Shown here in pieces: positions 32,001 to 45,477 of a stretch of 64,000 bases of DNA. Positions within the stretch are counted from its first letter, which is position 1. Each line of letters starts with the position of its first letter. The position numbers were made by a program, and so were the translations under genes. The notes beneath the pieces were generated by a model, which saw nothing but the letters and a program-made list of their open reading frames with translations, was not told where the DNA came from and ran no database searches. The DNA comes from Antedon mediterranea (Eukaryota; Animalia; Echinodermata), in assembly GCF_964355755.1 (NCBI RefSeq), contig NC_092675.1, positions 26,694,912 through 26,758,911 on the forward strand. Reading direction: 5' to 3'.

Positions 32001-35000
32001 GTCCCTAATAGTTCATGTTAATTGAGACTTAATATCACTTACCTGGGAAAGATCCACAATGCAACCGTGGTCAAGCAAGCATGCATTTCACTTTGAAATG
32101 AAATAAATGTAATGTACCTGTTTACTCACCTGGGTGAGGTCTACAAGGATGTTATCTTGTCCTAGCATGGGGTTTACTGTTGTTACAGGGCTTGTAGGTA
32201 GACTTCCAGTAATAGCATTCTGAAATAAACACAAATTAATTAGCATACTAAATCAAGTTGTTATTTAAAATAAAATAGATCACTTCTTTAGCAAAAGATT
32301 TAAGACTAGGTATTCCTTCATCGGGATCAAACCTACTTTCAATGTTACTTTGTCATATTATGTATCACATTTTATTTTGTTACCATGACATTGAAAGTAA
32401 ATAAATGTTTAAATGCCAACTACAACACTATGCTTCCTGTAATCCCATGGACGCCATTCGAGCGGACATTAGCCACAATTTACCACAATCATCCGGGTAT
32501 TTTGTCCTCCCAATGGCATCCAAGTCATTTATCTTGCATCGCGTAGCAGCGCTATACAATCTTTATTCAAAAATTCAGACAGAGTTTGTACTATGATTCT
32601 TGATATTGATGTCAACATCACTACCACCTCATCCATGCTACTGTATGTCATCTCATCATGGAATCCTCATTCATAATTATTTTATTTTATCTTCATCATT
32701 GTATTAATCATCAAAATAAAAATTATCTTTTATTGTGGTTTATTCATCTAACAATTCATAGGCAGTGCTTTATTTACTTTATTTTACAACCTTTTTACTG
32801 ACATGTGACTTGAAAAAATCCATAGAATGTCAATGTTTTTAATAAATTTTAAATATTGTCTGTACTTTTTTATTGTTTTAAAAATTGTTCGTGTACTTTA
32901 AACTGCAGTGTATTATTTTAACAAAGATTTTTATTTTATGAATTAGACCATAAAAAATGAATTGAATCAAATTTCATTAAAGCTTTAATAATACTGTATG
33001 TCAGAATATTCCACGCTGATAAATTAAAAAACATGAACAACCATTGAGTGATGTCTAAAGTACATTAATGTATAAGAACAACATCAATTTGATATCAGGT
33101 GACTGATAATGAAAGCATGTGCAGTGTAAAAATCAAGGTGTGAACATCTTTCATGTTGATAATTACATTGAGTAAAAAACTACTGAGTGATGATAGAAAT
33201 AGCTATTACATTCATTCATGTTTTTTTGGCACTATATAATGCAATGATATTCAGAAAGATACTATTATTATTAAAAGAGCATAGTACAGATTATGTTGGA
33301 TGCCAATTTCATAATCGTTTCAGATGACAGAATCATAATTTGTGAATAAAGACAAACAAATTAATAACACTCATTAGATTTTGCATATATTCACACACAA
33401 TTGGTTTTTGTCTGATCATTTGTCAACAATAGTGAAATAATTTAACTTTAAAATGTAAAATAGACATAAAAATTTCAACAAAACAATTGATATGCAATCA
33501 GCCAGCAATTGTCATTATAATAATAATTATTATCAATATGTTAATTGGTACACACATTATAATATACTACTGTACTTCTTCATTGCTGAAAAATTAATCA
33601 TAATTGAAAGATCGTAGAATCGTCTCAATAAATAAAACCATCTGGGGGAATGATGCTAAATTTAGGTTTGATGAATGAAAGTACCATAATGAAAGATGAT
33701 CCCTAAACACATGGTATAAGTTAGAATAGGAAATGACATCACAAAATAATATGAATTCACCAGGAAGCAATATAGAATATTGAATGGCTTTGGTTCTGTT
33801 CAGACTACTGTATGTGACCTGGTAAATATAATGTAGACTAAAGGAAAATAGTATGATACTGTACTGTAACATTTAACTTTAAGTATTACCGTATTCCTCT
33901 GGCATAATCCCACCCGGTACAACACGAAATTAGGCTGACTTTGGTGGGTTGGACTATACCCTCTGTTATAATTCCACCCTCCTAGAACACAAAATTAGGG
34001 TGATTTTGGTGGGTTGGACTATACCCTCTGGTATAATCCCACCCTCCTAGAACAAAAAAAATGGGCCGACTTTAATAATGGGTAAGACTATACCCTCTGG
34101 TATACTCCCACACCACTAGAACACAACATTGGGTTGACTTTGGTGGGTGGGACTATACTCGGGAAAAGCCTGGTTCAGGAAAAAAAAATTATTGGTGATC
34201 ATTTCTTGTAATAGAAAGGCCTACATCCAGATCAAAAGCCAATACTAGGACTATACCTATAGGGATATGCCTGTGAAATCAGACAGTAGGGGGTGGGATT
34301 AGACATGAAGTGGGGATTATTATGAGGGTATACGGTATTATTAAAGAAGCTAGATGAAATGAAAATGAAACTGTGTTTTGTAGTAAATTTGTTTGAACTC
34401 CTACTATCAAAAGCTTGCGTTCACATGGATGAAAACTACAAATCATATTTAAATGCCTGTTCACACTACAACATTTTATGAAAGTTTGAAGCTCCCAGAA
34501 AAGCCAGATAAATTAGTGTCTGGAAAGACCGCTAAACTCAATTACTGACAATGACATACAACTTTAACATGTAATCACAAATTATGATTATCGTTTCTGA
34601 TCGAATATAATCCCATGCTTAAGTACTGTACAGTATAACCCCACAATCTAATTTATGCAAAAATTTGGAAAATCAATTTTTTTTTAAATGTAAGAATCTC
34701 ACCCACGAATACCAAGGCTCCTGAGACTACTACTGTACATATTTGGCCATATTATTATTAGTAATAATAATATTTAAAAAATTACATTAAAGCTTACATT
34801 ATTATCCTGAATAACACGTTTTAATTTAAACAACATCGTCTTCATGTTTGTCATGTCCTGCATTAAATGGCGGAATGTATTGGCGTCCATGGTTACCTCC
34901 TCGTCCGACGTAAACGATAACTGCGACGTTAGGTTTAGATGCAGACTTCTGTTAAGTCGGCTGAATCCAACATGGTTCTCCTTTGATCTATAAAAAAACA

Positions 35001-38000
35001 TATTTACTTTTATCGACAAGCATAAACCATTTTTTCTTTATAATTAATAATAATAATAATACTGTATGACGGGCTTGCTAGGAGAAGTAAGTGCATGTAC
35101 TGTGCTGGATTGGGTTTGGTTGATTTCTCAGGATGAAGTTCTTAATCATAACATTTTTTATAAAACCTTGCTTACTGTAGAAATCCCCTATTTTGGACTG
35201 CTGAATAGATGAAATTCCCTATATTTACTGTTAGAATTTTTTTGCAAAAGCAGTCTTGGAAACTTAAGAAGGAATTTTAAAACATTATACAGTACAGTAC
35301 GTCACACATAATATACATTTTATTTTGCAATGAAATAACTAAATCTTGAAACTTTATCTGTGAAATAAAAAAATATCAATAATAAGTACAAAAAATAGTA
35401 CAAAAGTAGTATTTCTTAGTAAAAATATGAATGATTATTTTGAAAACAATAATTATGCTAATAAGAACAGGACATACAAACAGCAGATATCCGACTCTGT
35501 GCTAATTAGGACCATTGAAATTTAAGTTTGCTGCCATGGAAACATGGTAATCACATCGCGATCAATACACATTGATAAAATATCAAAATTGGCATCAAAT
35601 ATGGAAATATGCACAATAGGCCCTTATCCAATCACAAACCTGAAAAGATGGATGACGGTAGTGTAACGAAGAAATTAATTATCACAATGAATGACGCAAG
35701 AGAAATGTAGAGGAAAATGTCCGTGTATCTATTGTACAAAACGCGAAATACTGTACAAAGTACAGAGTGATAGTATACACAATACGATGACATTTAGTTT
35801 ACCAACATCAAGAAAATTATATTCGTTGAAATTAAACTGGGAAACCCGAGGCTACGATGAAACAAAACGTGGATAAGTAATTGATATGCAATGAAGCATA
35901 ACTAATGTTTATTTTGGAGAGAATCGAACGATCTAAACACAACACCCACGAGTCTGTTTATATTATCATCTAATTTTAATACAATTCTTTATATCGCAAT
36001 CATGTCAAATGTGTTTCTTGACCGTCATATAATCATGTTTAATAATACTAATATTCAATTCATAATTTAATGTCAATGATTAATAATAGTAATCTTTTTA
36101 TTGTAATACACAGTATTTATTCAATTAGTTTTGTTCATGTACTGAACTGTAGTAGTACTGCATCATGGTGATGAACAGAAAATTTAAAAGACACAGTATT
36201 TTAAATAAAATTTACAATGTTAACTGTTAGTGTTAGTGTTACGAAAAAATAAAAATGAAATTCTATATTATATGGTACAGTATTTTATAATACTGTTTTT
36301 GATTTTCAGGTACTGTATTGTAGTCCTCCATTACAGTAGGTAATGGGGAAATCACAAGTTTAGAACATTAAAACATCGTATGACTAATCAATTTTAACTT
36401 GTAATGTTTTAGCTGTCTCATTTTGTAAAATAATATACCCCTTTTGTGACACGGATACGATTCAGGGGACACCAATTTTGGGGAGACCCACCCATGAAAC
36501 GAACCAGGGACAATAAAAACACAAGATCCCTATTCACTATACTATTCTGTGTCCTGCTAATGGGGTTCTAGCTGTACTGAACACAGAGTTAGGAAGACAC
36601 AAGATTGGATTATTCCAAATTTTATTTGCTATACTGGGTAATATACTATAAACGCCTAATGGAATTAAATACGTTCTAATAGCCACTGTTTGTTTTCAAT
36701 TAAACGTTGTATATTTATCTTTCTTGTTGACTACACCAAAGTGAACAAGCTGTGATAATCAAAACATGACATCTTTTAATAGGATTTATTGCATACACAA
36801 CGATATGACACTAATGGTGTTAAGAGATTTTTAAAAGTTAAAATCACTGTTTATACTAGTGCGTTAAGTTAAAGAATGATTTTCACACATTGAGAGTGTA
36901 AATTCTCACAACTGTGCAGGTACTGTGTATTGAAATCGGTGACAGTGTTAGGCAAGTTGTATTTATAGTAAATTTGGTAACCAGGGCAGTATGAAACATA
37001 TTGATTTGACAGTTGTGAAAAAGAGTACTGGGTAATACTGTCATAGTGGAATACTATGACCACACAGTAAATTTACATGTAAAGCTCCTGTAATCTATAC
37101 AGCTACTATAAATATGCACATTTTTGCGAATATTACAATATGTTTGATAAATATTTGAATGTTATCTGGTCAACAAAAATGTGAATTGGAAAACTAGTAT
37201 CATACACAGCAGGTACAGTAATTAAATTGTTTACAGTAGTAATGTTGTGAAAATGTAGAACAAACAAAATAAAAATATACAGTTGTTACTGAAATAGTGT
37301 CAAATTGGTTTTGAAAAAAAGAAAAAAAAACAGGAAGATAAATACACACTTGCCCCAAGTCTGTATTCATTGTCCTTTTTTTTATTTATTTGGTTTTATT
37401 TCTTGTCTGAAAATACATCCAATCTCAAGTAGTATACAGTACATATGAAACGCCATATGTGCCAAAATATTTATCTTTTTACTAATAATTATTAAGACAA
37501 AACTTCGTCTGGAACCCAGACTATCACATACATTACTTTAATATTATTTACACACACAATCATGGACTACTTTTTTAGGGCCACAAAAATCAACCTTTGT
37601 TCATAGGCCTACAGTGATTATTATTGATACTATAGACTTTGCATAGTAATTTTATTGATAATGGGATACTATTGTCACGTTAAAATGTTATGTATTTAAT
37701 AACATTAACATCATTATTTATTCATATTGTGATGCACTGCTCTTTGTATTTTAACAAGTGGCCCTAGTGTACATATTATTGACTTTAATTGCGTTGTTTT
37801 GTGTTGTATTGAAGTCTGCAAACAAGGTAACGAAAAGTATACAGTTGCTACTGTACCAATTATTGATTTTCTTTTAATGCTGAATTCTCTGCAGTTATTT
37901 TGAGGACAAGATATACTGTAAGTACTACCACTGTCATAACAGTTCTAGCAAAAAGTTTTTCTAAGCAATTTAAAATCTGAAAGGGTATTCAGTAGTACTA

Positions 38001-41000
38001 TATTATTAGCCCACAATTTTCACTATTTTGTCTTTAAGGCATAAATTGAACTCTAAACTAAACAACACAGTATACGCCAATGCATTTAGCTGTATAAAAA
38101 ACCATGGGGACAGGAGGAACAATCTTGAATATTGGCTTGTTAACATGTACAGTATAAGAATATACTGTAAATCAAACAATTATTAAAGAATGAACTGTAT
38201 TGTTATATTAAACAAGTAAAATAACATAAAAAAGGAATGCGAGATATTTAAATCTAAGCAATTGTTAATTTATCAACAATCCAACAATTGTTTGTTTTTG
38301 TTATTCTTCATCCAGATGAACTTAAAACCGGTCAGTAATCAACAGTCTACACAATAGAATTAGATGCATCTCATTGAATTTCTAAATACCATCTATTGTT
38401 ATTCAATCAGTGTCTGAAATACTGTAGGTCTATATTCAGGTTTATAATACACAGAGGGATTGTTGAAGGCATAGAAATGTTTAATGAAGTCGATTCCAAT
38501 GACAATAAGGCTCTGTCTTTCACCCTTCCATTTTAGTTCAATCGTGACAAATCCTATCTTTTCAGACAAGAGTCAAATGCGGAAATTATTTCTTTTTAAT
38601 TGAAAATAGATCAAAATACTGTAGTTTTAAAATTACAATAGGTCTACCCGTACTCTTTTTATATCAATTGTTTTCCTTTTTTTAATGTGTGGAAAATTGA
38701 ATGCTTATAATGGTATAGTAAATTGGTATATAGGTACATATGCAAAATGCAAAGTGATTCACAGAGACCCCTGTCTTTGACATTGCTCACTGGACACCTG
38801 AAGGACTGTGGTGGGGTAAATGTCTGTCTCGTCCCTTTATTTTGCCACCTAGGAAGTTGTTCAGGATCGTGATAGCGATGGATGCAGATCTCTCAGAGAC
38901 TAGGCGAAAGGGATTGTACATTAAGTGTTTAATTTTATATGCACCACACAAAGTAATGCAAAAAAAAAAGTGGAATTGCTCAGCTATAGCCAGTGGAGCA
39001 GTAGCCTTCAACCATGAAGTTTGCTTCTAAAGAAGAAGATGATTGGAATTGAAGAAAGGAGTGCATTAATAAAGATTTAATTTTTTTATATTAGTGGTTA
39101 ATATTTTTAGTAGAGAATTGAAGGAAAATGCAATTGAAGGGTTATGTGATGAAAAAACTACCAAATGTACAGAGTAGTAACTTTTTTTAGTGTTTTCATT
39201 CACTTTTTTTACCTTTCATTGAAGTTGGTCATATGCTGTGGTTCTTCAAGAATTTTACCATTGGGTGTTGAGTCATAAACTTTAGAGGGCGGTGAAGCTC
39301 CCATGGTGATACTCCGAAGCCTTCGGGAGTCTATGACCCTAAAAAGGAAAACATAAACATCAAAAAAAAGGAAGGAAGAGGACAACTTAAGTTTGATCAT
39401 TTGTCATATTTTTTACATTTTGAGTTCAAATTGTATGTTTATTTGTAAAATTCTTTATTTTCTAATGAATGTTGATAAAATTTAATTATTTTTCTTTTGT
39501 TTGTAAATGTGTTTAATTGTTAATTTCATTATTATGCTATAACCAATTTAACAATTCATTTTTTGCTCCACGGATATCATTAATGTTTATGAAAATTAAT
39601 TTACTACTGTATGTTTATTGGAAAGTTTATTGAAATATATATCTTGATTAAAATAGAGAAAGACTGTTTTAGCAGTATCTAACGTCTCAAAATATTAATG
39701 TCTTTCACTTTTGTCACGTTTCTTGGAAACTATTTGGAAACAAATTTGTTGAATGAATGAATAAATTTGTTGAATAAAAGAATAAAATATCAAACACATT
39801 AAATATGTAACATTTTTTTCTGTATTAAAAACTTAAAGTTTCCACAATTGAATTAGTTTACTTTTTATCATTATTTTACAATTATAATCTTATATAATGT
39901 ACTGGTAAAATTATAAACCATGGATTTCATAAAGCGATAAACACTGAGCAAGCATAACTGTAGTTATAAAATAAACAATCGAAAAAACAAATCCATGCTA
40001 TTTGATAGTGATGATACCACAATATATAACAGTATTAAAATAGCTGACAAAAATTCTTGTGGATTTGATTGACTTATGAAATAATCATCATACAGTATTT
40101 TAATAGAAAAATGAAATGCATTTTCTAAAACAGAAAAGGATACGTTGCTATATAGTACATAAATCGAACATCAAAATAGTATAATTATAAATGCAGTCAT
40201 CACAACAAAGCACATCGTTTAAAACCGCAGCTTACTAAAACCATATGGCGATCCTTCTGTGGCCATCATACACTTTGAAATAACGCAAAATGCAATACAT
40301 ACATAGCCATACTGAATGCTCCTAGCATGCAGTCCCGACACCTAGGTAGTACATCTGATTACATCGGTACATGAGAGACAAGCCCTCTCCACCAGGGGTA
40401 CCTTGTTAGGGGTACCTTGTTAGCAAGATACACTAAGGATTTGACAAGCTTGGCCTAGAATTCTAGCTAGACAACAACATGCCTAATGGTGTAACAGCAG
40501 CTGCTTACGTACTTTAAGCTAGATCAAATTTGCATATTATCAAATTATTTTTACGGAGGTTTTAATGTTCGCATTCAAACAGAGCATGTCTATGGCAACT
40601 TGGTGCAAGAATAATGCACAAGGGACAAATGTTAAATGTATTCAAGTGTTATAGTACAAATTTATTTATTATTTATTCATTTTTCATCAATTTTTTATTT
40701 TTAATTTTTACTAATCATTTCATCACAAATGTCTCGATCACTGTGTGGACTTGAGACAATGGGTCAGCCACTCCTCCCCCATTTGGGATGATTGGACTAA
40801 CAATATGTTTAAATAATTAAAATTTAAGATAAGAGTAATTTAATAAACCTACAGTTGAAGTCTGTAGTTTTATTTACACTACCAAGTAAACTTAATTTTT
40901 CATTAATTCAATTGTGTGAGCAATGCAAACTCAATTTAATTTTTCACCAAGGACTACTGTACAGTGTAAATTAAATAAAAAATGTCACAATTTATCTCCA

Positions 41001-43784
41001 TTTCATTATCATTTTAATAATATTTTGTTGGTCAATTCATTGCTTCTTTGAAATTTTATTAAAAATTGGTGATTTGACAGTGCATTCTATCGTGGAAAAA
41101 AGAAGGGCAACGACATAGCTTCCGCCTTGATAAAAAAGTGTATTCTGTTACAAGATTAAGCAAAGAAAGGAGGACGTTTGGACAACAACTGTATTGATAA
41201 ATTATTAGCAAAAAATACTTTTGAACCTTGACATCCAAAATAGCTGTTTGATTAAAATTTTTCATTTCAAAGTGTATTCACACACAAAACAAAGATTCAC
41301 AGAGCGAGACAAAAATGAAAACATTGGCAACAAAAGAACCGGCCTCTGCAACCCCCTCATTATTTTCCACGCCCAAATTTAGAAATAAACCTCTAAAAAC
41401 TTGTATTTCTGCCACTGATAGTAATATTGGTATGAAGAACATTAAATTTATTTCAATTCATAACAAATTGAAAAAAAATAATTAGGAGCAGTTGCAGTTA
41501 AGCACTAATTTCTAGATTAATTTGCATGACTGTTGTGTTATCAAAAACAAAAAATCCCATGTTTTTTATTTAACATTCAACTCTAAAAATAAGAATAATA
41601 TTAAAGACTGAAGTTACTGGTATTTAATGCAATGCAAATACTCTTTGAATCATTACATTATGAATGATTCATTACCAATTGCAGTTCAAAACAACTTGTC
41701 AGCATCTATTTTTGTATCAGATTAGACCAGTGATTACATAAACACTGACACAGCAATTTTAATATATGTATCCATTAATAACTCTAAATACCACAAAATA
41801 AAAGCAAAATGACTTATAAAAGGGATGCAATTCTGCTGAGAAGAGGGAAACCCACACTTACTTAACTTTATAGGCGTTTCATGCAGCCTCATTATACAGG
41901 CAGCACATCACCCATCCAAGAAAACCTTAGGCCTACTGATAATCGTTTTTACCCACCCACCCTTAACTTTGTGACACCAACCAGCTCCAGTAGAAACCTT
42001 CCTTATACATAGTACACCACTAGTAAAGGAAAACTTCTGGTTTTAACAACAGGTCATGTATGTTTTTAACAACACTATGGCCAATCATTTCTCAGGGAAC
42101 ACTCCTGTACTGGGGACACCAGGGACACATTACTGACTGATACTAGGTAATATTTTGTAACAATATGGCAAAGGGGATTCTGTTTGTTTCAACTGTACTG
42201 GTGGTTAAAATGTTTTACCCAATACTGTAGGCAGGCAAATATTTCAAGATTTTAAAAAAATACTCACTTTTCATCATGCTTTGAAGAAGCCTCGAGACTC
42301 TGTGATCGAATTCTACCATTACGTGAAAGTCTTGTTTGTAAAATTGAGTTCTTGGGCCCATCTGCCAAATCACTAAGAAACGACTCCTCATCAAATCCCA
42401 TTACTTCGTCATCTATAAATCGGGAATCACACATAAGGTCATCGGACGCTATTGAATCCAACTCTGCCGAGTCGACAGAATTTGAGTAAAACCGACCCTT
42501 AACAGCACTAAGCTGTGGATGTCGTACTGTAGACAGCGGCATTTGCTTAGTAGGGGTGGACTGTATTGGCTGAGAGGTTGTACCATTTAAACGTGACACG
42601 TTCCTGGGACTTGAATCAGATTGGCTTCGTGAATCATGCCTACCCTGGATGTTACTAACACGCGGAGAGTTCTCAACGAGTGCGTCCTGACTGCCTGTGG
42701 ATATCAAACGATGTGAATCAGCTTTTGGTTTGTCATTCGCTTGTTGTTGAGCCGAATTTCCTGTAGAAGCTTTCTCTAATTCAATTTCCTCATCGTTCAA
42801 ATCAGTGTTTTTCATAGCTTCGCAGGTTGTAGGTAAGCCAGCATCTGCGTTACCTGTAAACGTACTACTTGTTGTATTGCCCGTGTAAGTCAATCTTATT
42901 CTATTATCGTGTTTTTCTCTATCCAGTAGGTAAATGTTGTTGGTGTTACATAAATCTTTTTTGAAAGCAGTGGCATTTTTATTTGTTGTATTGAGTACTG
43001 ATTTATCAAGAACAAATGTATCGTTCTGTAATGGCGCTTCACTGGATTCTTTTTTTTCTGAATTTTGAGTACCTGTTGGGGAAGGCAATTTTGCCCACGG
43101 ATTATTGCCCTTTGATAGCCATACATCATTTTTATTTTTACCATCATTTCCAGTATCACTTTTATGTTGCCATGGATTTTCATTGTCATCTGTTTTGGCA
43201 GAGCGATCAACCTTTTTTACGGATGTGGTGGCTGTTTGCATTTGACTGCCGATTGGTAAGTCCGCGATTTTGTTAGTTGACTGACTACAAACGTCACCGT
43301 TCGGTTTTGTTTCAACATTGGAAGGTGTAACACCAAAGAACGCTGATTTTAAGGCTTGATTTGTACTTGCTGGTTTTGAAGGACTATGTACGGACGTATT
43401 CACAATAATGGTACAGTCCGCATCTTCACTCTTGCTATTCATCCTCTTAGCGCTTGACCCAATTTCATACTCATCCATAGCATTTGGACGTTTTGCTGAT
43501 TGTGACGTTGTACTTGTGGTTAACGCAACTGGCGCAACCTTGAAATTAGGGTTATCCACTCTTGTCTCATCAATGTTCAGATTCTGAGATGGTTCGGTAA
43601 ATGTATCGTTATTATCGGTTGCAAAGTCGGGAGGAGGAGGAAATGTCTGGGTTTGAATGGGCTGCGGATTAGCGTTGGCATCTTTATCGGGGGAAATGGA
43701 AGACGCAGACGAGGACTTTTTTTTACGAAAAGAAGGAAACTTTGATAGGAATCCCTTCTTTTTTGGCTTTGTGCGACCAGACAT
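13024..43784 (-). CDS. CCSER2: Serine-rich coiled-coil domain-containing protein (CCSER1/CCSER2/FAM190-like); core exons 43784-42268, 39338-39213, 34987-34798, 32219-32130, 27459-27370, 25461-25372, 14061-13024 (~1046 aa)
   Basis: All core exons have GT-AG boundaries and compatible phases. Exon 34987-34798 encodes VTMDANTFRHLMQDMTNMKTMLFKLKRVIQ, resembling the conserved CCSER motif (LDEMTLRHMVQDCTAVKTQLLKLKRLL), and a coiled-coil exon follows (ENVQLKTEITSMKRLIEE). The S/P/K-rich termini carry SxIP/SxLP motifs. The symbol is family-level; CCSER1 versus CCSER2 cannot be resolved. Confidence 0.8.
16121..16413. mobile_element. Second copy of the same Tc1/mariner-like MITE, one internal unit
   Basis: TA-ctgtatatcctctggtataatc...gtgggattatacatgaggatatgg-TA; aligns with 33889-34335. 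Confidence 0.75.
17856..17982. mobile_element. MITE family A copy
   Basis: Core atatggacatgatgatgtcatatcactacc and right TIR gtttgatagtgtagacagagc. Confidence 0.78.
19398..19545. mobile_element. MITE family A copy
   Basis: TIRs and core, opposite orientation to the 47912 copy. Confidence 0.8.
20985..21052 (-). CDS. Candidate cassette exon of the CCSER-like gene (SYKVYKPSYIPRPTTFRTRSEV)
   Basis: Good pyrimidine tract, AG acceptor and GT donor; 68 nt, phase 0 to 2; contains an SxIP motif. It needs a phase 2 to 0 partner exon (candidates 19190-19142 or 17110-17029). Confidence 0.5.
22102..22241. mobile_element. MITE family A copy (decayed)
   Basis: Degenerate TIRs and core. Confidence 0.7.
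24755..24897 (+). mobile_element. tRNA-derived SINE 5' fragment
   Basis: A box TGGCCGAGAGG and degenerate B box GGTTCAAG, followed by tcttctcggataaggac...gtccagtgtacac, resembling a conserved SINE central domain. Confidence 0.6.
25825..25983. mobile_element. MITE family A copy
   Basis: TIRs intact; carries a CAGTA insertion at a TA (25847-25853). Confidence 0.82.
26761..26939. mobile_element. MITE family B1 (Harbinger-like, TIR AGC(G/T)TGGTTCCCACTAG)
   Basis: TAA-agcgtggttcccactag...ctagtgggaaccaagct-TAA; nearly palindromic body. Confidence 0.9.
28097..28302. mobile_element. P-superfamily-like MITE (CA...TG ends, 7-bp TSD)
   Basis: gttaaac-CAAGGCAATC...GATTGCCTTG-tttaaac (one TSD mismatch), with subterminal inverted repeats caggatgctgagctt / aagctcagtgtcctg. 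Confidence 0.7.
29394..29755. repeat. Diverged tandem duplication (~180 bp units)
   Basis: aataacacaaagagacaatctataa...aagaggtttaacttgaatct...attctattttcttcataataaaaataa occurs twice. Confidence 0.85.
31644..32006. mobile_element. MITE with AGGGAC termini and AAT target duplication
   Basis: AAT-agggacttttagatttg...caaatctaggagtccct-AAT. Confidence 0.7.
33889..34335. mobile_element. Tc1/mariner (pogo/Tigger-like) MITE with an internal ~62-bp tandem array
   Basis: TA-ccgtattcctctggcataatcccac...gtggggattattatgagggtatacgg-TA; about four internal units of ataccctctggtataatcccaccc...ggtgggttggact. Confidence 0.8.
42268..43784 (-). CDS. First coding exon of the CCSER-like gene (low-complexity N-terminus)
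   Basis: 506-aa ORF in the track. Acceptor AG at 43830-43831, ATG at 43784, donor GTGAGTA at 42267. The ORF's stop codon lies inside the donor site. Confidence 0.88.
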
Positions 43785-44440
43785 CTTCTTAGCAAAATTT
43801 AACTGAGGATCCAGTTTTACTTGGATAACCTAGAAAAACAAAAGAATACTGTATTATTGAAACACATTCTGACTGCTAGCATCTTGAGTCTTTTTGTTTG
43901 AAATTGTATAAAAATTTACTTTATTTAAGTCAATGAGTCAACAATCAAGCGTAATAATAAATAGGGCTAGGGCTATGCCTGGCTAGGACTATCAAAAAAT
44001 ATTGAGACTAGGAACCTCGACTCCGGTCAAGGATTTGTTTAAAAACAAATTTGTTTGTTTGTACTGTAAATGCCTACAAATAAACAATGCACAGATTTAC
44101 ATACATAATAAATAGAAAATATTAAAAATAATAAATTAATTAATTTAAAGGCTGGGTATAGCCTAGGCCTATATAGGCCCTACTAGGCCCGGCTTAAACC
44201 TAAGTTTTTATATATTAAAAGTTGTTATAGGGCTAGACCAGGAGGTAAGTATAAGTGGGCTTAGGTATTGGTTTGCTAGCTGGTGTAGGCCTGATCCTAG
44301 CTACCCCTACTAACCTAGGCCTATTCCTCTATAGTAGTCTTAGCTAGAGGCTATCGAAACTAAAAACTCCAGAAGGCGGATGTCGGGAAGAAGTGTAGTA
44401 AACAACAAGGATGATTAATGAACTTCCGACGTCAACTTAC

Positions 44441-45477
44441 GTACAATTAAATATTAAAGATGGTCGATCCGATAAGACTCAGATTAACTTGAAGAAATCT
44501 TTTTCACAAATTAACTGGATAGTCTTTTTTTTTACGAAATAAACATTAAACACACTTCGTAGCAGCAGCTCTTCTGGTGGTTGACTGAAACATTTCTTTT
44601 GTCCCCCAACAAAAACCAATAAAATCGTACGTAGTGTGTGAATAGAAAATAAAAATATCATATAGCGCCCTCAATTTTGGGAAAAGTAGGTGTAGGTACG
44701 TTTTTTCAAGGATTTTTAGAAAGATCTGAAGGTGTCTTTGGCTTTTTTTAGCAGCATGGTTTTTGTAGATCTCTTGCTAAGTCACCAAAAAAGAAATATA
44801 CTGTTATAATACATTTACAAGCCTACGGCATCGCATATTAAATAAATATCAAAGCCAATAAATTGTGTTTCTTATCAAATTCACTGACTTGAAAATGACA
44901 CATCCTAGCATGTTTTGTGTTCATGACATTATATGATAAAATTACATTTACGCAATCTAAAACAAATTGAATCATGAAAATTAACAAACATTTAAAATTA
45001 AAAATCTTTCTACAAAATCCTTTAAAATTATATAACACAATGCTTAGTTTTCCTTAAGTTAGAATCTCCTTTTGTCATTTGTGTTTCCCGTATTTGTACT
45101 TGATTAACACATCAAACGTTTATTTTTTGTTTTCTCCAAAATTATTAATTGTTGTTTCCGATCCTATAATAGTTCTATAATTTTCTTTTCTTGTTTTTAC
45201 CCTTTTTTTTCACGTCGTACCGATGGTGCCTACGTGACGTGTGGACCCAACCAAATGGTACACGATGAAAAAAGTAAAGAAACTAAAATAATTATAGAGG
45301 GCGCTAGATAAAATATTGGCGCTTGATCATAAAAAAAACACGCGTCTCTCTCGACCACCCTGGTTTGTTGTTGTTTTCTTTTGGACAGTCTTGTGGTACA
45401 CATAAGTCTAAGACGAGAAAAAAACTGATTTAAGGCGTTTTTATTCTGTTATTACTGTAATTAAGGTCTTGTTTACA
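44441..45477. promoter_or_regulatory. Probable bidirectional promoter region between the CCSER-like gene (-) and CRIP copy A (+)
   Basis: Head-to-head genes. A candidate non-coding CCSER exon has a GTAAGT donor at 44440. GAGGGCGCTA motifs at ~44663 (-) and ~45297 (+) each point toward their own gene. CpG is locally retained. Confidence 0.55.

Noticed and set aside
33889-34160. CRISPR-like array
   Set aside because: The units are contiguous with no unique spacers, lie inside a TA-flanked TIR element, and the DNA is eukaryotic with no cas genes.
38787-39030. Possible extra CCSER exon
   Set aside because: The available acceptors give stop codons in the required phase, and the flanking exons already join in frame.
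39919-39997. catggattt...aaatccatg inverted pair as another P-like element
   Set aside because: No flanking 7-bp direct repeat.
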